Shown: piece by piece, positions 27,857 through 37,710 of the stretch
How the letters are laid out: every line of letters begins with the position of its first letter
How positions within the stretch are numbered: the first letter of the stretch is position 1
From: Candidatus Micrarchaeota archaeon
GTDB lineage: Archaea; Micrarchaeota; Micrarchaeia; Anstonellales; Bilamarchaeaceae
NCBI GenBank assembly: GCA_016926175.1
Contig: JAFGPA010000012.1
Span: forward strand, 1 to 49,691
Length of the DNA: 49,691 bases
Direction of reading: 5' to 3'
Position numbers and translations under genes: made by a program
Notes under the pieces: generated by a model
Seen by the model: the letters and a program-made list of their open reading frames with translations, nothing else
Databases searched by the model: none
Told to the model about the DNA's origin: nothing

Positions 27857-29020
27857 CTACAGGATTTTCCCCCAGGCTGCGAGTTTCCATTTCTGGCCGA
27901 CGCGCTTTGACAATGCGGCGTGCATGCCAGGATAAACGGTTGTAGGTTTCTTGAGACGCACAGTTGCAGTCCCTTTGTGAAGTTTTGTTATCAGCCCGAC
28001 GCCTGTTGATGTATGTATGTTGATTACAATGGGCTCATTATCGTGCAATGGAATGGGACCCTCCTGCCTTTTCAGAAGGCTGTATTCCATCTTTATTTCT
28101 GTAACGGGCTCAGGAACTTCGCCGGGCCTCCCGACAATTGAACCTACCAGCGAATCTGCCTTTGTCAATGACGGATCGATTTCTGTTCCGACTGCAACAA
28201 GGCCTCCTGCCTTTGCTATTTTGAGGTCATCATTTTCTTCTCGGAGAGCAGTGACTTTCGTTATGATTTTTTCCGGTTTTGCGCCTTCTTTTTTTGCAAC
28301 CCCGGGTTTTATTTCTATTTCATCGCCGACTTTAAGCGCTCCATTTACAATGGAGCCTCCAAGCACCCCTCCATTAAGTTTCTGAATTGGGGTTCCGGGC
28401 CTGTTGATATCGAATGAACGTGATACATACATCCTGAATTGTGCCTTTTCATCAAATACAGGAGCAATCATTATCCTGTCTATAGCTTCCAAAAGAACAT
28501 CAATGTTCAGGTTATGGTTGGCTGAAACTGGAATAATTGGTGCATTTTCAGCTGATGTTCCCTTAAGGAACTGCTTGATCTGTTTGTAGTTTTCCAGCGC
28601 CTTTTCTTTTGAAACAAGATCAACCTTTGTCTGGACAATCAGGATTTTTTTGATTCCTGTTGAATTAAGAACAAGAAGATGTTCGGCAGTCTGCGGCTGG
28701 GGGCAGGGTTCATTTGCTGCAATTAGAAACAGCACACCGTCAAGGATGCTTGTGGCTGAAATAACAGTTGTCATAAGGATTTCATGACCCGGGGCATCCA
28801 CTATGGAAAACTTTCTGTAAAGCTTGCCTTCTTCAGGATTGATCGAAAGTTTGTCCTTGTTCTTGTAGATATGCGCATCTGCATAGCCAAGACGAATGGA
28901 AATGCCACGCTTCAGTTCTTCGCTGTGGGTATCTGTCCATTTGCCTGTCAGGGCCTGCGTAAGGGTTGTTTTGCCATGGTCAACATGCCCAAGCATGCCG
29001 ATATTCATATCAGCTTGCAT
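27857..29020 (-). CDS. eif2g: Translation initiation factor aIF2 subunit gamma
   Basis: GHVDHGKTT, SEELKRGISIRLGY, DAPGH, PQPQTAEH and RSFDINRPG; starts at MQADMNIG. Confidence 0.96.
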   Translation of the reverse strand: MQADMNIGMLGHVDHGKTTLTQALTGKWTDTHSEELKRGISIRLGYADAHIYKNKDKLSINPEEGKLYRKFSIVDAPGHEILMTTVISATSILDGVLFLIAANEPCPQPQTAEHLLVLNSTGIKKILIVQTKVDLVSKEKALENYKQIKQFLKGTSAENAPIIPVSANHNLNIDVLLEAIDRIMIAPVFDEKAQFRMYVSRSFDINRPGTPIQKLNGGVLGGSIVNGALKVGDEIEIKPGVAKKEGAKPEKIITKVTALREENDDLKIAKAGGLVAVGTEIDPSLTKADSLVGSIVGRPGEVPEPVTEIKMEYSLLKRQEGPIPLHDNEPIVINIHTSTGVGLITKLHKGTATVRLKKPTTVYPGMHAALSKRVGQKWKLAAWGKIL

Positions 29021-29402
29021 CTTTTTCCTCTTTCTTTCCAAATAGCTCTTCCAGCTTAGTGGCACCAGCCTTAACCACTTTCGTATTGACCTGGACTATA
29101 TCAACAGAATAGACGTTTCCTCGTACTATCACTCTTTTACGCTCGCCCTTTTCAGATGCATGGAATCCCTGGCCTTCGGTGGAAAGAATGGATTTCCTCA
29201 CTGCACCATAGACATTTTCCCTCATGGGGAATCCGCTTCCGTCGCTTCCTCCGGTAAGCTGGAGTGAATAGCCTGCAGCACCAACAAGATTGCCGTCGAG
29301 TTCATCGCCAATTTTCTTTCCTATTATGTTGGCCTCTCTGCCTTTTTCAAGTTCAGTCTGGTAACTTTTTCCGCTAGATGTTTCAGAAATTACTATCCGC
29401 AT
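29010..29402 (-). CDS. rps6e: 30S ribosomal protein S6e
   Basis: IGKKIGDE, LTGGSDGSGFPMR and GERKR..VRGN. Confidence 0.96.
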   Translation of the reverse strand: MRIVISETSSGKSYQTELEKGREANIIGKKIGDELDGNLVGAAGYSLQLTGGSDGSGFPMRENVYGAVRKSILSTEGQGFHASEKGERKRVIVRGNVYSVDIVQVNTKVVKAGATKLEELFGKKEEKDAS

Positions 29403-29472
29403 TAGTTCACCTCATAAAAAGCAAAAAAAGAATTAGTTGGCTTTCATTTAAAAAAGAATGGGAAAAAAAGGA

Positions 29473-29688
29473 TTATGAATTTTTGAGCTTTGCTTTGTAA
29501 ACAAATCCATCTTTTCCGAGATAATACATGAAGCCGCCTTCTTTGTCGACTTTCTCGCTGCCTACTTTCTTTTTTCTTCCTTTCTTGTTGTGCTTCATTG
29601 GAGCAGCCCAGACGTATCCATCCTTTCCTACATAATAAAGATAGCCATCTTCTCTGCTAATTTTTTCTGATCCGATTTTTTTTCCCAT
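29473..29688 (-). CDS. Small basic Cc1-like chromatin protein with internal duplication
   Basis: Two copies of KK(I/V)GSEK(I/V)..E.G(Y/F).YY.GKDG(Y/F)V; resembles the Cc1 motif as recalled. Confidence 0.7.
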   Translation of the reverse strand: MGKKIGSEKISREDGYLYYVGKDGYVWAAPMKHNKKGRKKKVGSEKVDKEGGFMYYLGKDGFVYKAKLKNS

Positions 29689-29842
29689 ATTGTCACCTGT
29701 TTTCCCTCAAGGGTTTGCCCAAAAGAATTCTTTCCCAGGGCTACGTCTATATCCAGAAGATAATTTTTAAATCTATCGACGAAATTCAGACGGGCGTTAA
29801 AAATCAAAGGCCTTTTTAACGGCAAATGCCTTAATAATAGAC

Positions 29843-30109
29843 ATGTTCTCACTGCTTTGCAGGCCAAAACCCTGCCGGATTCTCATGCTTCTCAGAGACA
29901 ATGAAACATCATGGCACCTCTCGAAACTTGCAAAAAACAGTGACACCACATACGTCTATGTTACCAAGCTTATGTCAAATTTACAGGGAAAGGGACTGGT
30001 GAATATAGAGGTAAAGGGCAAAAAAAGGATTGTAAAATTAACAGAAAGAGGAGTGGGAGCAGCCAACCTCATTCATGAACTTAAAAACAAGCTAGACCAC
30101 TCTGAGTGA
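29843..30109 (+). CDS. Winged-helix (MarR-like) transcription regulator
   Basis: SKLAK..DTTYVYVTK...GLV....KGKKR.VKLTERG. Confidence 0.85.
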   Translation: MFSLLCRPKPCRILMLLRDNETSWHLSKLAKNSDTTYVYVTKLMSNLQGKGLVNIEVKGKKRIVKLTERGVGAANLIHELKNKLDHSE

Positions 30110-30517
30110 GCTGCTTTTCTTTACATAGCTCAGCACCTTGTCAAAGCCTATGTAATGGGAATAAACAGTTACTTCAATGGCATAGTTTCCTGAATTTGTC
30201 TGGCTGTTTGCAAATACCCTTACCGGAACTTCCACGGAGTCGCCGGATTTCAATTCGCCCACTCTTTTCTCAGTGGCTTTATTTATGCAGGCATCGTCAA
30301 ACCCAAGCATGACACCCTTGGGAAGAAGAGCATCGACAGAAACAAGATGGATCTCAGGGGATTTGTTTTCCACCCTTACAATAAGGTCAACCGAATTCTT
30401 CCGGTTTGCAGAAAGCCTGAGGGGGGCAAATTTCAGAGAAACATTGAATGGATTTGTTGATTTCTTCTCAGATTCTGGCTTTTTTTCTTCACCAAATATT
30501 GAGTTCCAGATTCCCAT
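30092..30517 (-). CDS. Hypothetical Ig-like beta-sandwich protein
   Basis: GGTGA RBS before MGIWNSIFG; beta-rich G.LK.G.S.EV...GNY.IEV pattern. Confidence 0.7.
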   Translation of the reverse strand: MGIWNSIFGEEKKPESEKKSTNPFNVSLKFAPLRLSANRKNSVDLIVRVENKSPEIHLVSVDALLPKGVMLGFDDACINKATEKRVGELKSGDSVEVPVRVFANSQTNSGNYAIEVTVYSHYIGFDKVLSYVKKSSSLRVV

Positions 30518-30607
30518 ATCAAAATCACCTGAATGTATCAGATAGATAAAGTATATAAACCACAGCAAATGGAAATTTTTAAAAGTAGTTAAGTAAAGAA
30601 CTATTTG

Positions 30608-31762
30608 ATGGAAAATAAATTAGTATTATTTGTAACCCTGGTTCTTGTCGCAGTTGCCCTTTATTTTGTAGCTACTGCTCCAGAGCCGGAAACTGAAGAG
30701 ATAAAAGAAGTTGATATCCAGGAGGCAAAGGACCTGCTAATGCGCGGGCTGGATTTCGGCAGAGGCACCACAGAATATGATTACTATTATACTGAAATCT
30801 CAAACGGATATCCGCTGGAATATCGAATAACTGAAAAAGGCAATATCAGCAGGGTTGAAGTTGTAAACCCACTTTCAGCAAAACAGCTTTATTTCCTTGA
30901 AAATGACACCATACTTTGTGTGGATTATGAGAACAGGGCGGTCTGTTCATCGGTCAAGAATCAGGCAGAGCTGAACAATTACGTTGAATCATTGAAAGTC
31001 AAGCTCCTGAATGACGAGCTTATCAACAGAAACAAGGCCAGTATGCAGTATCTTCTGGCGCACGGACTGGCGCAGCTTGATCCGGAATTAACTGAAAGGC
31101 CCGGATGCAAAGAAATCAGCTATCTGCTGAACTTCACGAACATTACGCTTTCTGAAGCAGCAACTTTTGGAATCAGTTCCAATTCTCCAAAAGTGTTCCA
31201 CTGGACAATGTGCATTGACTACAAAACAGTAAAGCAAAAATCATTCTGGTATATTCATGAGCAAATGAACAATACATATGAATACCGGTTTGTGTCATTC
31301 AATGAGCATCCTGCAGATATTGAAGTTCCTGAAAACATATCAACAGGAGCGATGGTCCAGCTTGAGAAAGAAAGAGAACAGTCCATAAAGCTTTCAAAGT
31401 GTTACACTGAAAAAGAAGGCCAGGAAAAGGAAAAATGCATCAGCGACAGGGCTCTGATACTGTCGCTACCGGCCCTTTGCGACCTTGCAGGAGAAAGAAG
31501 GGACAGGTGCCTGGTTTCGCTGATACCCAAAACAAACAATGAAACAATATGCACTACCATAATCAACCAGTCATACAAGGATGACTGCTACATTGAGCTT
31601 GCAGGCAAAAACAAAAACCAGAGCTATTGCAGCAATGTGATTGATGGCGAGAAAATTGATTTCTGCAATGAAGTTGCAACAAGAAATGAAACGAAGGTGG
31701 GCTCTGGAATTGATATTAATGAGCTGTTCAGCCAGATCGAAAGCTATGAAGGAATGGATTAG
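30608..31762 (+). CDS. Membrane-anchored surface protein with Cys-rich helical repeats
   Basis: N-terminal TM; repeated C..I.....(R/K)D.C units in the C-terminal third; many N-x-S/T sequons. Confidence 0.75.
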   Translation: MENKLVLFVTLVLVAVALYFVATAPEPETEEIKEVDIQEAKDLLMRGLDFGRGTTEYDYYYTEISNGYPLEYRITEKGNISRVEVVNPLSAKQLYFLENDTILCVDYENRAVCSSVKNQAELNNYVESLKVKLLNDELINRNKASMQYLLAHGLAQLDPELTERPGCKEISYLLNFTNITLSEAATFGISSNSPKVFHWTMCIDYKTVKQKSFWYIHEQMNNTYEYRFVSFNEHPADIEVPENISTGAMVQLEKEREQSIKLSKCYTEKEGQEKEKCISDRALILSLPALCDLAGERRDRCLVSLIPKTNNETICTTIINQSYKDDCYIELAGKNKNQSYCSNVIDGEKIDFCNEVATRNETKVGSGIDINELFSQIESYEGMD

Positions 31763-32914
31763 ATGAAAATAGCCATCTTCACCGATACTTACCTGCCCCA
31801 GAGAAATGGGGTAGTTTCATATCTTTTGGATGCAACAGGAGAATTATCAAAGAAACATAAGGTAATTATTTTTGCCCCGGGAGGGAAAAAACTGAGGGTT
31901 GAAAGGAAAAATGTGACAACCTACTGGATACCCTCTTCCCCATTTCCATTCTATGAAGGATACAAAATTGCATCAATGAATTACGCCAGGGTAAATGAAT
32001 TGATAAAAAAGGAAATGCCCGACATAATTCATGCCCATGCCCCGGTTGTTCTTGGAGTGCAGGGGATAATATGTGCAAAAAGAAAGGGGATACCGCTTGT
32101 GATCACCCATCACACCCATTTTCCGGATTATGTGCCCTATCTTCTCAATGGAAAACTTCCTGAGGCTTTCGAGGATATCAGCGGATATACTGTCAAGAAG
32201 CTGATCAGGCATGTTTTTACAAATGCCGACGTTGTCACTGCACCAACAAATGAACTTGCCAAAGAGCTGCGTTCATACGGCCTCAACAACGTTGTCCATT
32301 TGCCCAATGGCGTAAAATTAAAAAAGTTCAAAAGAAACCCGAAAAAAGGAAATGCTTTCAGGAAAAAACTCGGCATCCCACAGAACAAAAAGATTATTCT
32401 TTATCTTGGCCGCGTAAGTTTTGAAAAGAAGCTGGATATGCTCCTTCATGCATTCAGCATGATAGACAATGCCTATCTTGTAATTGCCGGAACCGGCCCT
32501 TATCTTGAGGATCTCAAAAAGCTGGCGGAAACGCTTGGTGTGAGGAATGTCCGCTTTACCGGATTCCTGAAGGACATTGTAGAGGCCTATTCCGCAGCAG
32601 ACATTTTTGCCTCGCCTTCAGACACTGAAACTTTTGGGCTGACTTTTGTGGAAGCAATGCAAAGTGAACTGCCTGTGGTGGGAGTCTCGAAGCTTGGAGC
32701 CAGAGAGATAATCCAGAATGGAAAAACAGGCTATCTTGTTACGCCGGGAAAAGCAAGGGCTTTTGCAAGTGCCCTGGAAAAACTCCTGAAAAGCAGCGAT
32801 TTAAGGAAAAAATTCGCGAAAAACGGAAAGGAAAGGGCAAAAGAATACTCCTTAAGCAACAGCATAAAAAAAACCGAAGAGATCTACAAAAGGGTGAGGA
32901 GATCTACACCATAG
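31763..32914 (+). CDS. Glycosyltransferase family 4
   Basis: FTDTYLPQRNGV, YLGRVSFEK and SDTETFGLTFVEAM. Confidence 0.93.
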   Translation: MKIAIFTDTYLPQRNGVVSYLLDATGELSKKHKVIIFAPGGKKLRVERKNVTTYWIPSSPFPFYEGYKIASMNYARVNELIKKEMPDIIHAHAPVVLGVQGIICAKRKGIPLVITHHTHFPDYVPYLLNGKLPEAFEDISGYTVKKLIRHVFTNADVVTAPTNELAKELRSYGLNNVVHLPNGVKLKKFKRNPKKGNAFRKKLGIPQNKKIILYLGRVSFEKKLDMLLHAFSMIDNAYLVIAGTGPYLEDLKKLAETLGVRNVRFTGFLKDIVEAYSAADIFASPSDTETFGLTFVEAMQSELPVVGVSKLGAREIIQNGKTGYLVTPGKARAFASALEKLLKSSDLRKKFAKNGKERAKEYSLSNSIKKTEEIYKRVRRSTP

Positions 32915-33354
32915 TCGGTATTGATGCTGGAATCAAAACAGGCTATGCAATACTGGATCTTTCCGGAAATCTCATAGGAACGGGCTGTGAAAAGGAGGCA
33001 AGTGATGAAAAGATCGTGAAACGAGTATCTGAATTTGGCATACCTGTTTTGATAGCATCCGATACTTCGCCGCCTTCTCATTTTGTCTCAAAAATAGCAG
33101 CAAGATTCAATATCAGGGTGTTTCATCCGATGAAAAGCCTTACAAAGGCTGAGAAAAGGGAGATAGGAAAAGGGATTGAGGATGTGCATATCAGGGATTC
33201 ATATGCAGCTGCTGTCAAGGCATACCGGAAATACCAGAACCGGCTGCGGCAGATAGATGCCATGGATGCTGATAACAAGGAAGAACTGAAGAGGAACGCA
33301 ATATGCGGCCAGAAGATAAGTGGTAATACGCATAAAGAAACATTTAAATACTAA
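32902..33354 (+). CDS. DUF460-like RNase H-fold protein, probable ATC start
   Basis: The frame extends upstream of the called ORF to IYTIVGIDAGIKTGYAILDL; it also has G.PVLIASD..P and H.RDSYAAA..AY. Confidence 0.8.
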   Translation: MYTIVGIDAGIKTGYAILDLSGNLIGTGCEKEASDEKIVKRVSEFGIPVLIASDTSPPSHFVSKIAARFNIRVFHPMKSLTKAEKREIGKGIEDVHIRDSYAAAVKAYRKYQNRLRQIDAMDADNKEELKRNAICGQKISGNTHKETFKY

Positions 33355-33385
33355 GAATGCGTAATTTATTGTTGTTGGTGATACT

Positions 33386-34003
33386 TTGGTGGGCAAAAAG
33401 AAAGTTGTTAGAAAGAAAACTGTTTCTAAAAAGAAGATTAAATCAGTAAAAAAGGCAGTCAAGCCTGCAAAAAATTCAAGCCCTCCAAAAAAAGAAGTTC
33501 CAAAGGACTTGCCAAGGCCTGAGAATATGAAAAGGATTTCAAAAATCCTTCAGGATGCCTACATCAGGCAGAATCTTATAGGTGTTGGCGGGGAAAATGC
33601 ACTTTCAATCATCAAGAATTTTTATGGCAGGCACAGTGACGAGGAACTCGCAAAGAAGCTTAAGATCAAGATAAGTGATGTCAGGGCTACATTGAACAAG
33701 CTTCACAACGAAGGGCTTGTAAACTACAACAGGCAGAAGGACAGCGAAACAGGATGGTATTCCTACAGCTGGACACTGAATCATGAAAGAATGGAAAGAT
33801 GGGCAAATGACCAGACAAATAAGATTGAAGATGTGCATGGGGATGGAGAAAAATACTATTGCCCTTCCTGTGGCGCAGCAACAATAACTGATTTTGAGAC
33901 AGCATCTTCAGGAAATTTCAAATGCTGCCAGTGCGAGAGGATGCTTGAATTTTTGGATAGAAATAAAATGCTTGAGTTGTATGATAGAAAACGATTAGGA
34001 TGA
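33386..34003 (+). CDS. tfe: Transcription factor E alpha with Lys-rich N-terminal extension
   Basis: DEELA..L......VR..LN.L...GLV.Y.R.KD.ETGWY.Y.W plus CPSC/CCQC Zn ribbon. Confidence 0.93.
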   Translation: MVGKKKVVRKKTVSKKKIKSVKKAVKPAKNSSPPKKEVPKDLPRPENMKRISKILQDAYIRQNLIGVGGENALSIIKNFYGRHSDEELAKKLKIKISDVRATLNKLHNEGLVNYNRQKDSETGWYSYSWTLNHERMERWANDQTNKIEDVHGDGEKYYCPSCGAATITDFETASSGNFKCCQCERMLEFLDRNKMLELYDRKRLG

Positions 34004-34383
34004 AAATTCAGGAACTGAACTCTTACATGGTCGTTTTCAACAGGGGCAGAGTGCTACTTCTGAAAAGAGGGGATTTCTGGGAATTCCCCGGAGGCGGAGT
34101 GGAATGGGGAGAAGATCCCCTGAAAGCTGCCATAAGGGAAACAAAGGAAGAAACCGGCCTGGATACCTATAATGTGAAATATGTTACTGTGACTTCGGCA
34201 ACCTATGAGAAGGACGGAAATCAGAAGCATTCTGTTTACATTGTCTACAAAGGTGAAACTGATTCTGAAACGGTTAATCTGTCCGGTGAGCACAGGGAGT
34301 ACCGATGGCTTAACATGCTTGAGGCAAAATACCTTAAATTCGGCCTGAATGCAGAGGGCATTCTTGACTGCATTTCCGAATGA
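34000..34383 (+). CDS. NUDIX hydrolase
   Basis: PGGGVEWGED...AAIRETKEETGL Nudix box. Confidence 0.93.
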   Translation: MKIQELNSYMVVFNRGRVLLLKRGDFWEFPGGGVEWGEDPLKAAIRETKEETGLDTYNVKYVTVTSATYEKDGNQKHSVYIVYKGETDSETVNLSGEHREYRWLNMLEAKYLKFGLNAEGILDCISE

Positions 34384-34399
34384 ATTCCCACGCCGCTTC

Positions 34400-36970
34400 T
34401 CACATTGACTTGAAATCGATAACCATTTGTTCCAGTTCATCAGGCTTATGGAACAAAAGGGATTTGCTTTCAGATTCCAGCTTCAGGATAAGAGGAGCAA
34501 CAGATGGAGAGGAATTGACAAGCTCTATGAAATTCTGCTTTTCTGCTTCATTCTTGAACAGCATTATTGTTATTCCCTTGCTGATTGTTGAAAGCGCACG
34601 CTTAAGCGAGAGTTTATTGTCTGCATTCCTGTCGTAGAAATGCAGGTACATCTGCTGGCCAACAACTGTGATAACTGAATCGGCTTCTTTGGATTCGTTC
34701 AGGCTTGTAAACGGAACTGCATTGTTGACACAGATGTCGCGGATTCTGCGCATCATTGCAAGATAGTCAATTGTCTTCTTGGTTTTATCCTCCCAGGAGA
34801 CAAGACCATAATAGTTTATGGAAAATTTTACTTTTCCGGCTTTGATAAGCTGGTCAAGAAGCAATTCAACATTGAAATCGGTTATGAATATGGGCCTGCC
34901 CTTATAGAATATATCCTTAAAGCCGTTTTTTATTTCTGCAGTTGTAAGAGGGGTGTTTTCCCATCGGTAGTTCTCATTTACTTTCTGGAAGATGCTGAGA
35001 ATGGTATCTGATGACAGCGGAACCCTTGTTCTGGCAACTGGCGGGAAAACAGGTATATCCAGCCAGTATGAAATTTCTTCCCGCCTTGCAAACAATACAC
35101 CAAGCCCAACGATGCCTCCGGTAAGAATGATCGTGATCCAGAAAACCGGATTGTCAAAAGGACCTTCCGGTCTTGGCAGGGACACAGGAACATTGACCCT
35201 AAGTGCTCCTGATGTGAATTCAAAATTATAATTTCCGTATGGAAGCCTCTGGTTATCTGTTTTTGATCCGACATCAACACGGATAGTATCAACATTGCGG
35301 AACTGATAGGATCCGTATTCTCCCCTGTTGACATTTACTGAAACTTCATTAAGGGTAACAGGGCTGCCGTCCATTGTAACGGCAAAAACATAAGTGGACG
35401 GATTTGCAGCAGCAGGGCCTTTGTATGTGATGTCTATTGAAACTACTTTCATGTAGGTCTGTGCATGAACGACATTGGAAGAATCCATAAGCCTGACCAT
35501 GTATTCCCCGCGGTCAAGGTCAACGGAAATATCAAATGATCTTTCAGACTGGGTATTTACCGGTCCCTGGGGGAACAGCTCGACTTCAGTGCCGTTCTCA
35601 TCAGTAATTTTAAGGAACATGTCAAGGGATGCGGGATTTTGCTCTTTCAGCACTGCATTGAGCCTTACGGATTCTGCCGTGATGCTTGTTGGAACAACCT
35701 TCACCCCACCCTGTATAAACAGCTGGTTTTCATCGAATTTTTCAACAAAAGTATAAAGAGTCTGGCGTACCGGAACATTGGATGCTTCTGATTCTCCAAT
35801 GAATTCAACTTTTATTGTAGCCTTTGGAGCTGTTCTCTCAAAAGAGAACGGCTCGGTATAGAAATAGGATTTTCCCGAATATGCCGTCTGGTTAGCAATG
35901 ACATATGTTTTTGATTCAGCTATGGGTTCGGCCCAAGGCGTCTCGAATATTAGTTTGGATATGTCATCTGCTGCACTTTTCGCGTCTCTTTTCCATCCGC
36001 CGTCAAGAGTCTGCGGAACAAAGATGAATGCTCCATTGCCTCTCTTAACAGAGCTTATTGCTCCATATATGAGCTTGCTTTCCCAGCCTCCGCTTCCAGT
36101 TGCCCGGTAAAGCGGCTGGAACAAATTAATATCTGAAGATGGCTGGAGAGGCGTGTTCCTGTCGAACGTCACCGGAAGGGATGCAATCTGAGCCTGTGAA
36201 AGGGAATTTACAAGAGTTCCGTTCAGCACCCTGTCAAAGGGCTGCCCCATGTAAATCAGAACTACGCCTTTTTCTGCAAGGGCAGTCATATTCAAAAGGC
36301 TCCCATAACCAAGCAGCTCTTTTGGAACTGCACCGCTTGGAACTATGATTATTGCGCCCTGTGGAAGGGATTCGAGCTCAGTCACGGTAATTTCATTGAG
36401 GAGTATGTTTCTTGTTTCAAGGTTTGCGCGCAGATGCACAGTGAAATTGGTATAAGTTGTTGCTTCAACCCTCTGGCTGTTCAACAGGAAAATCTCGGAA
36501 GGGATTTTTTCCCTGTATGGTGTAAGAACTATGCTGTAGTTGTCTATGTTCCTGGCGCCATATTCCACAAAAACAGCGCCCGTATATTCAGGGAAACCAA
36601 GCCTTCCGGAACTCAGGAGTTCGCTGTCATGAAGAACATTGTCTATTAATGGCTTGTCCATAGGCTCCTGGAAAACTTCAGGGGCCGTATGGCCCAGGGA
36701 AACAGTTATGTAAAGCAGACCCACGCCCAGTATGATCATGGCAATAAGCAGTGCTGCTCCGATAACTGCAAAATTGAATCCGCCCTGCGGTTTTTCAGGT
36801 TCCGCTTCTTTTTTCCCTGCTTTCGGCTTGAGGAATACCTTGATTGCATCCTTTATTCTTTCAACTGGAGGCCGGTCAATCATTTTATAGTGGGAGACAT
36901 ATTCATACTTGCGCTTAACATCGAACTTGTAAATTTTCTTCCTGATCTTAACATTACCTAGGTCCGCCAT
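34400..36970 (-). CDS. Large two-TM membrane protein with big extracellular domain (VirB4-like operon gene 5)
   Basis: TM near residues 65-92 and near 610-630, with about 500 aa beta-rich region between and a cytoplasmic tail; TAATG coupling to the upstream gene. Confidence 0.8.
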   Translation of the reverse strand: MADLGNVKIRKKIYKFDVKRKYEYVSHYKMIDRPPVERIKDAIKVFLKPKAGKKEAEPEKPQGGFNFAVIGAALLIAMIILGVGLLYITVSLGHTAPEVFQEPMDKPLIDNVLHDSELLSSGRLGFPEYTGAVFVEYGARNIDNYSIVLTPYREKIPSEIFLLNSQRVEATTYTNFTVHLRANLETRNILLNEITVTELESLPQGAIIIVPSGAVPKELLGYGSLLNMTALAEKGVVLIYMGQPFDRVLNGTLVNSLSQAQIASLPVTFDRNTPLQPSSDINLFQPLYRATGSGGWESKLIYGAISSVKRGNGAFIFVPQTLDGGWKRDAKSAADDISKLIFETPWAEPIAESKTYVIANQTAYSGKSYFYTEPFSFERTAPKATIKVEFIGESEASNVPVRQTLYTFVEKFDENQLFIQGGVKVVPTSITAESVRLNAVLKEQNPASLDMFLKITDENGTEVELFPQGPVNTQSERSFDISVDLDRGEYMVRLMDSSNVVHAQTYMKVVSIDITYKGPAAANPSTYVFAVTMDGSPVTLNEVSVNVNRGEYGSYQFRNVDTIRVDVGSKTDNQRLPYGNYNFEFTSGALRVNVPVSLPRPEGPFDNPVFWITIILTGGIVGLGVLFARREEISYWLDIPVFPPVARTRVPLSSDTILSIFQKVNENYRWENTPLTTAEIKNGFKDIFYKGRPIFITDFNVELLLDQLIKAGKVKFSINYYGLVSWEDKTKKTIDYLAMMRRIRDICVNNAVPFTSLNESKEADSVITVVGQQMYLHFYDRNADNKLSLKRALSTISKGITIMLFKNEAEKQNFIELVNSSPSVAPLILKLESESKSLLFHKPDELEQMVIDFKSM

Positions 36971-37710
36971 TATCTTACCACTTCTATATAACCTTCATTT
37001 ACAAGGCGGTTTAGTGCATCTTCTATTTTTGCCTCGGAAACTTTGTAAAGTTTGGAAAATTCTATTATGTTTATTGAGCCGTTGTGCTCGCTGATCCATT
37101 CCTGAAGCTTTGATTTCAGAACATCATCAGAAAGACCTTCCAGTTCCTTTACACGGAGATTTAATTCGTCGTTTGCGGATTTGAGTTCATAGTTGCTTGT
37201 TGAAAGAGCCTGGCTCTGCTCGGTAAGCCTCTCCACTTTCTTGTTAAGGTCCTTGACTTCCTTCTTAAGTGAATCATACTGGGTATAGAGCTTTGTGTAT
37301 TCCATGGTAACTGAATTGGAAAGATCAGTAATTGCACTCTCTATGAGCTGATAAAGAGTCTTATTCTCAACCCGGTATGAGTCTTCAATAAGCGAGAATA
37401 TGTTGAGCAGATACCTGATAACGTCAACCCTTCTTTTTCTCGGGCTGATTTCGGTGGGAATAGTATATGTAACTTCAACTTCATCTTCCTTGATCTTGGC
37501 AATTGAAAAGAGATATGGATTCTTGTCAATGTCGCGGCTCTCGACATATATAACGTTGAGAACATCCTTTTCAGGGGCTATTTCAAGAAAAGATATTGAC
37601 CTTAGGACAGATGCAAGATCCTTGATTTTTCCGTTCACTAATTTTCCTTTGATCTTAAATCCGTCAACTTGTGGAGGATGGGTTTCTTCCTGTTGTGTTG
37701 GTCCTGCCAT
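36970..37710 (-). CDS. Coiled-coil protein with C-terminal winged-helix-like domain (operon gene 4)
   Basis: Heptad region YDSLKKEV...LRVKELE and C-terminal IEDALNRLVNEGYI; GGTGA RBS and TAATG overlap. Confidence 0.8.
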   Translation of the reverse strand: MAGPTQQEETHPPQVDGFKIKGKLVNGKIKDLASVLRSISFLEIAPEKDVLNVIYVESRDIDKNPYLFSIAKIKEDEVEVTYTIPTEISPRKRRVDVIRYLLNIFSLIEDSYRVENKTLYQLIESAITDLSNSVTMEYTKLYTQYDSLKKEVKDLNKKVERLTEQSQALSTSNYELKSANDELNLRVKELEGLSDDVLKSKLQEWISEHNGSINIIEFSKLYKVSEAKIEDALNRLVNEGYIEVVR

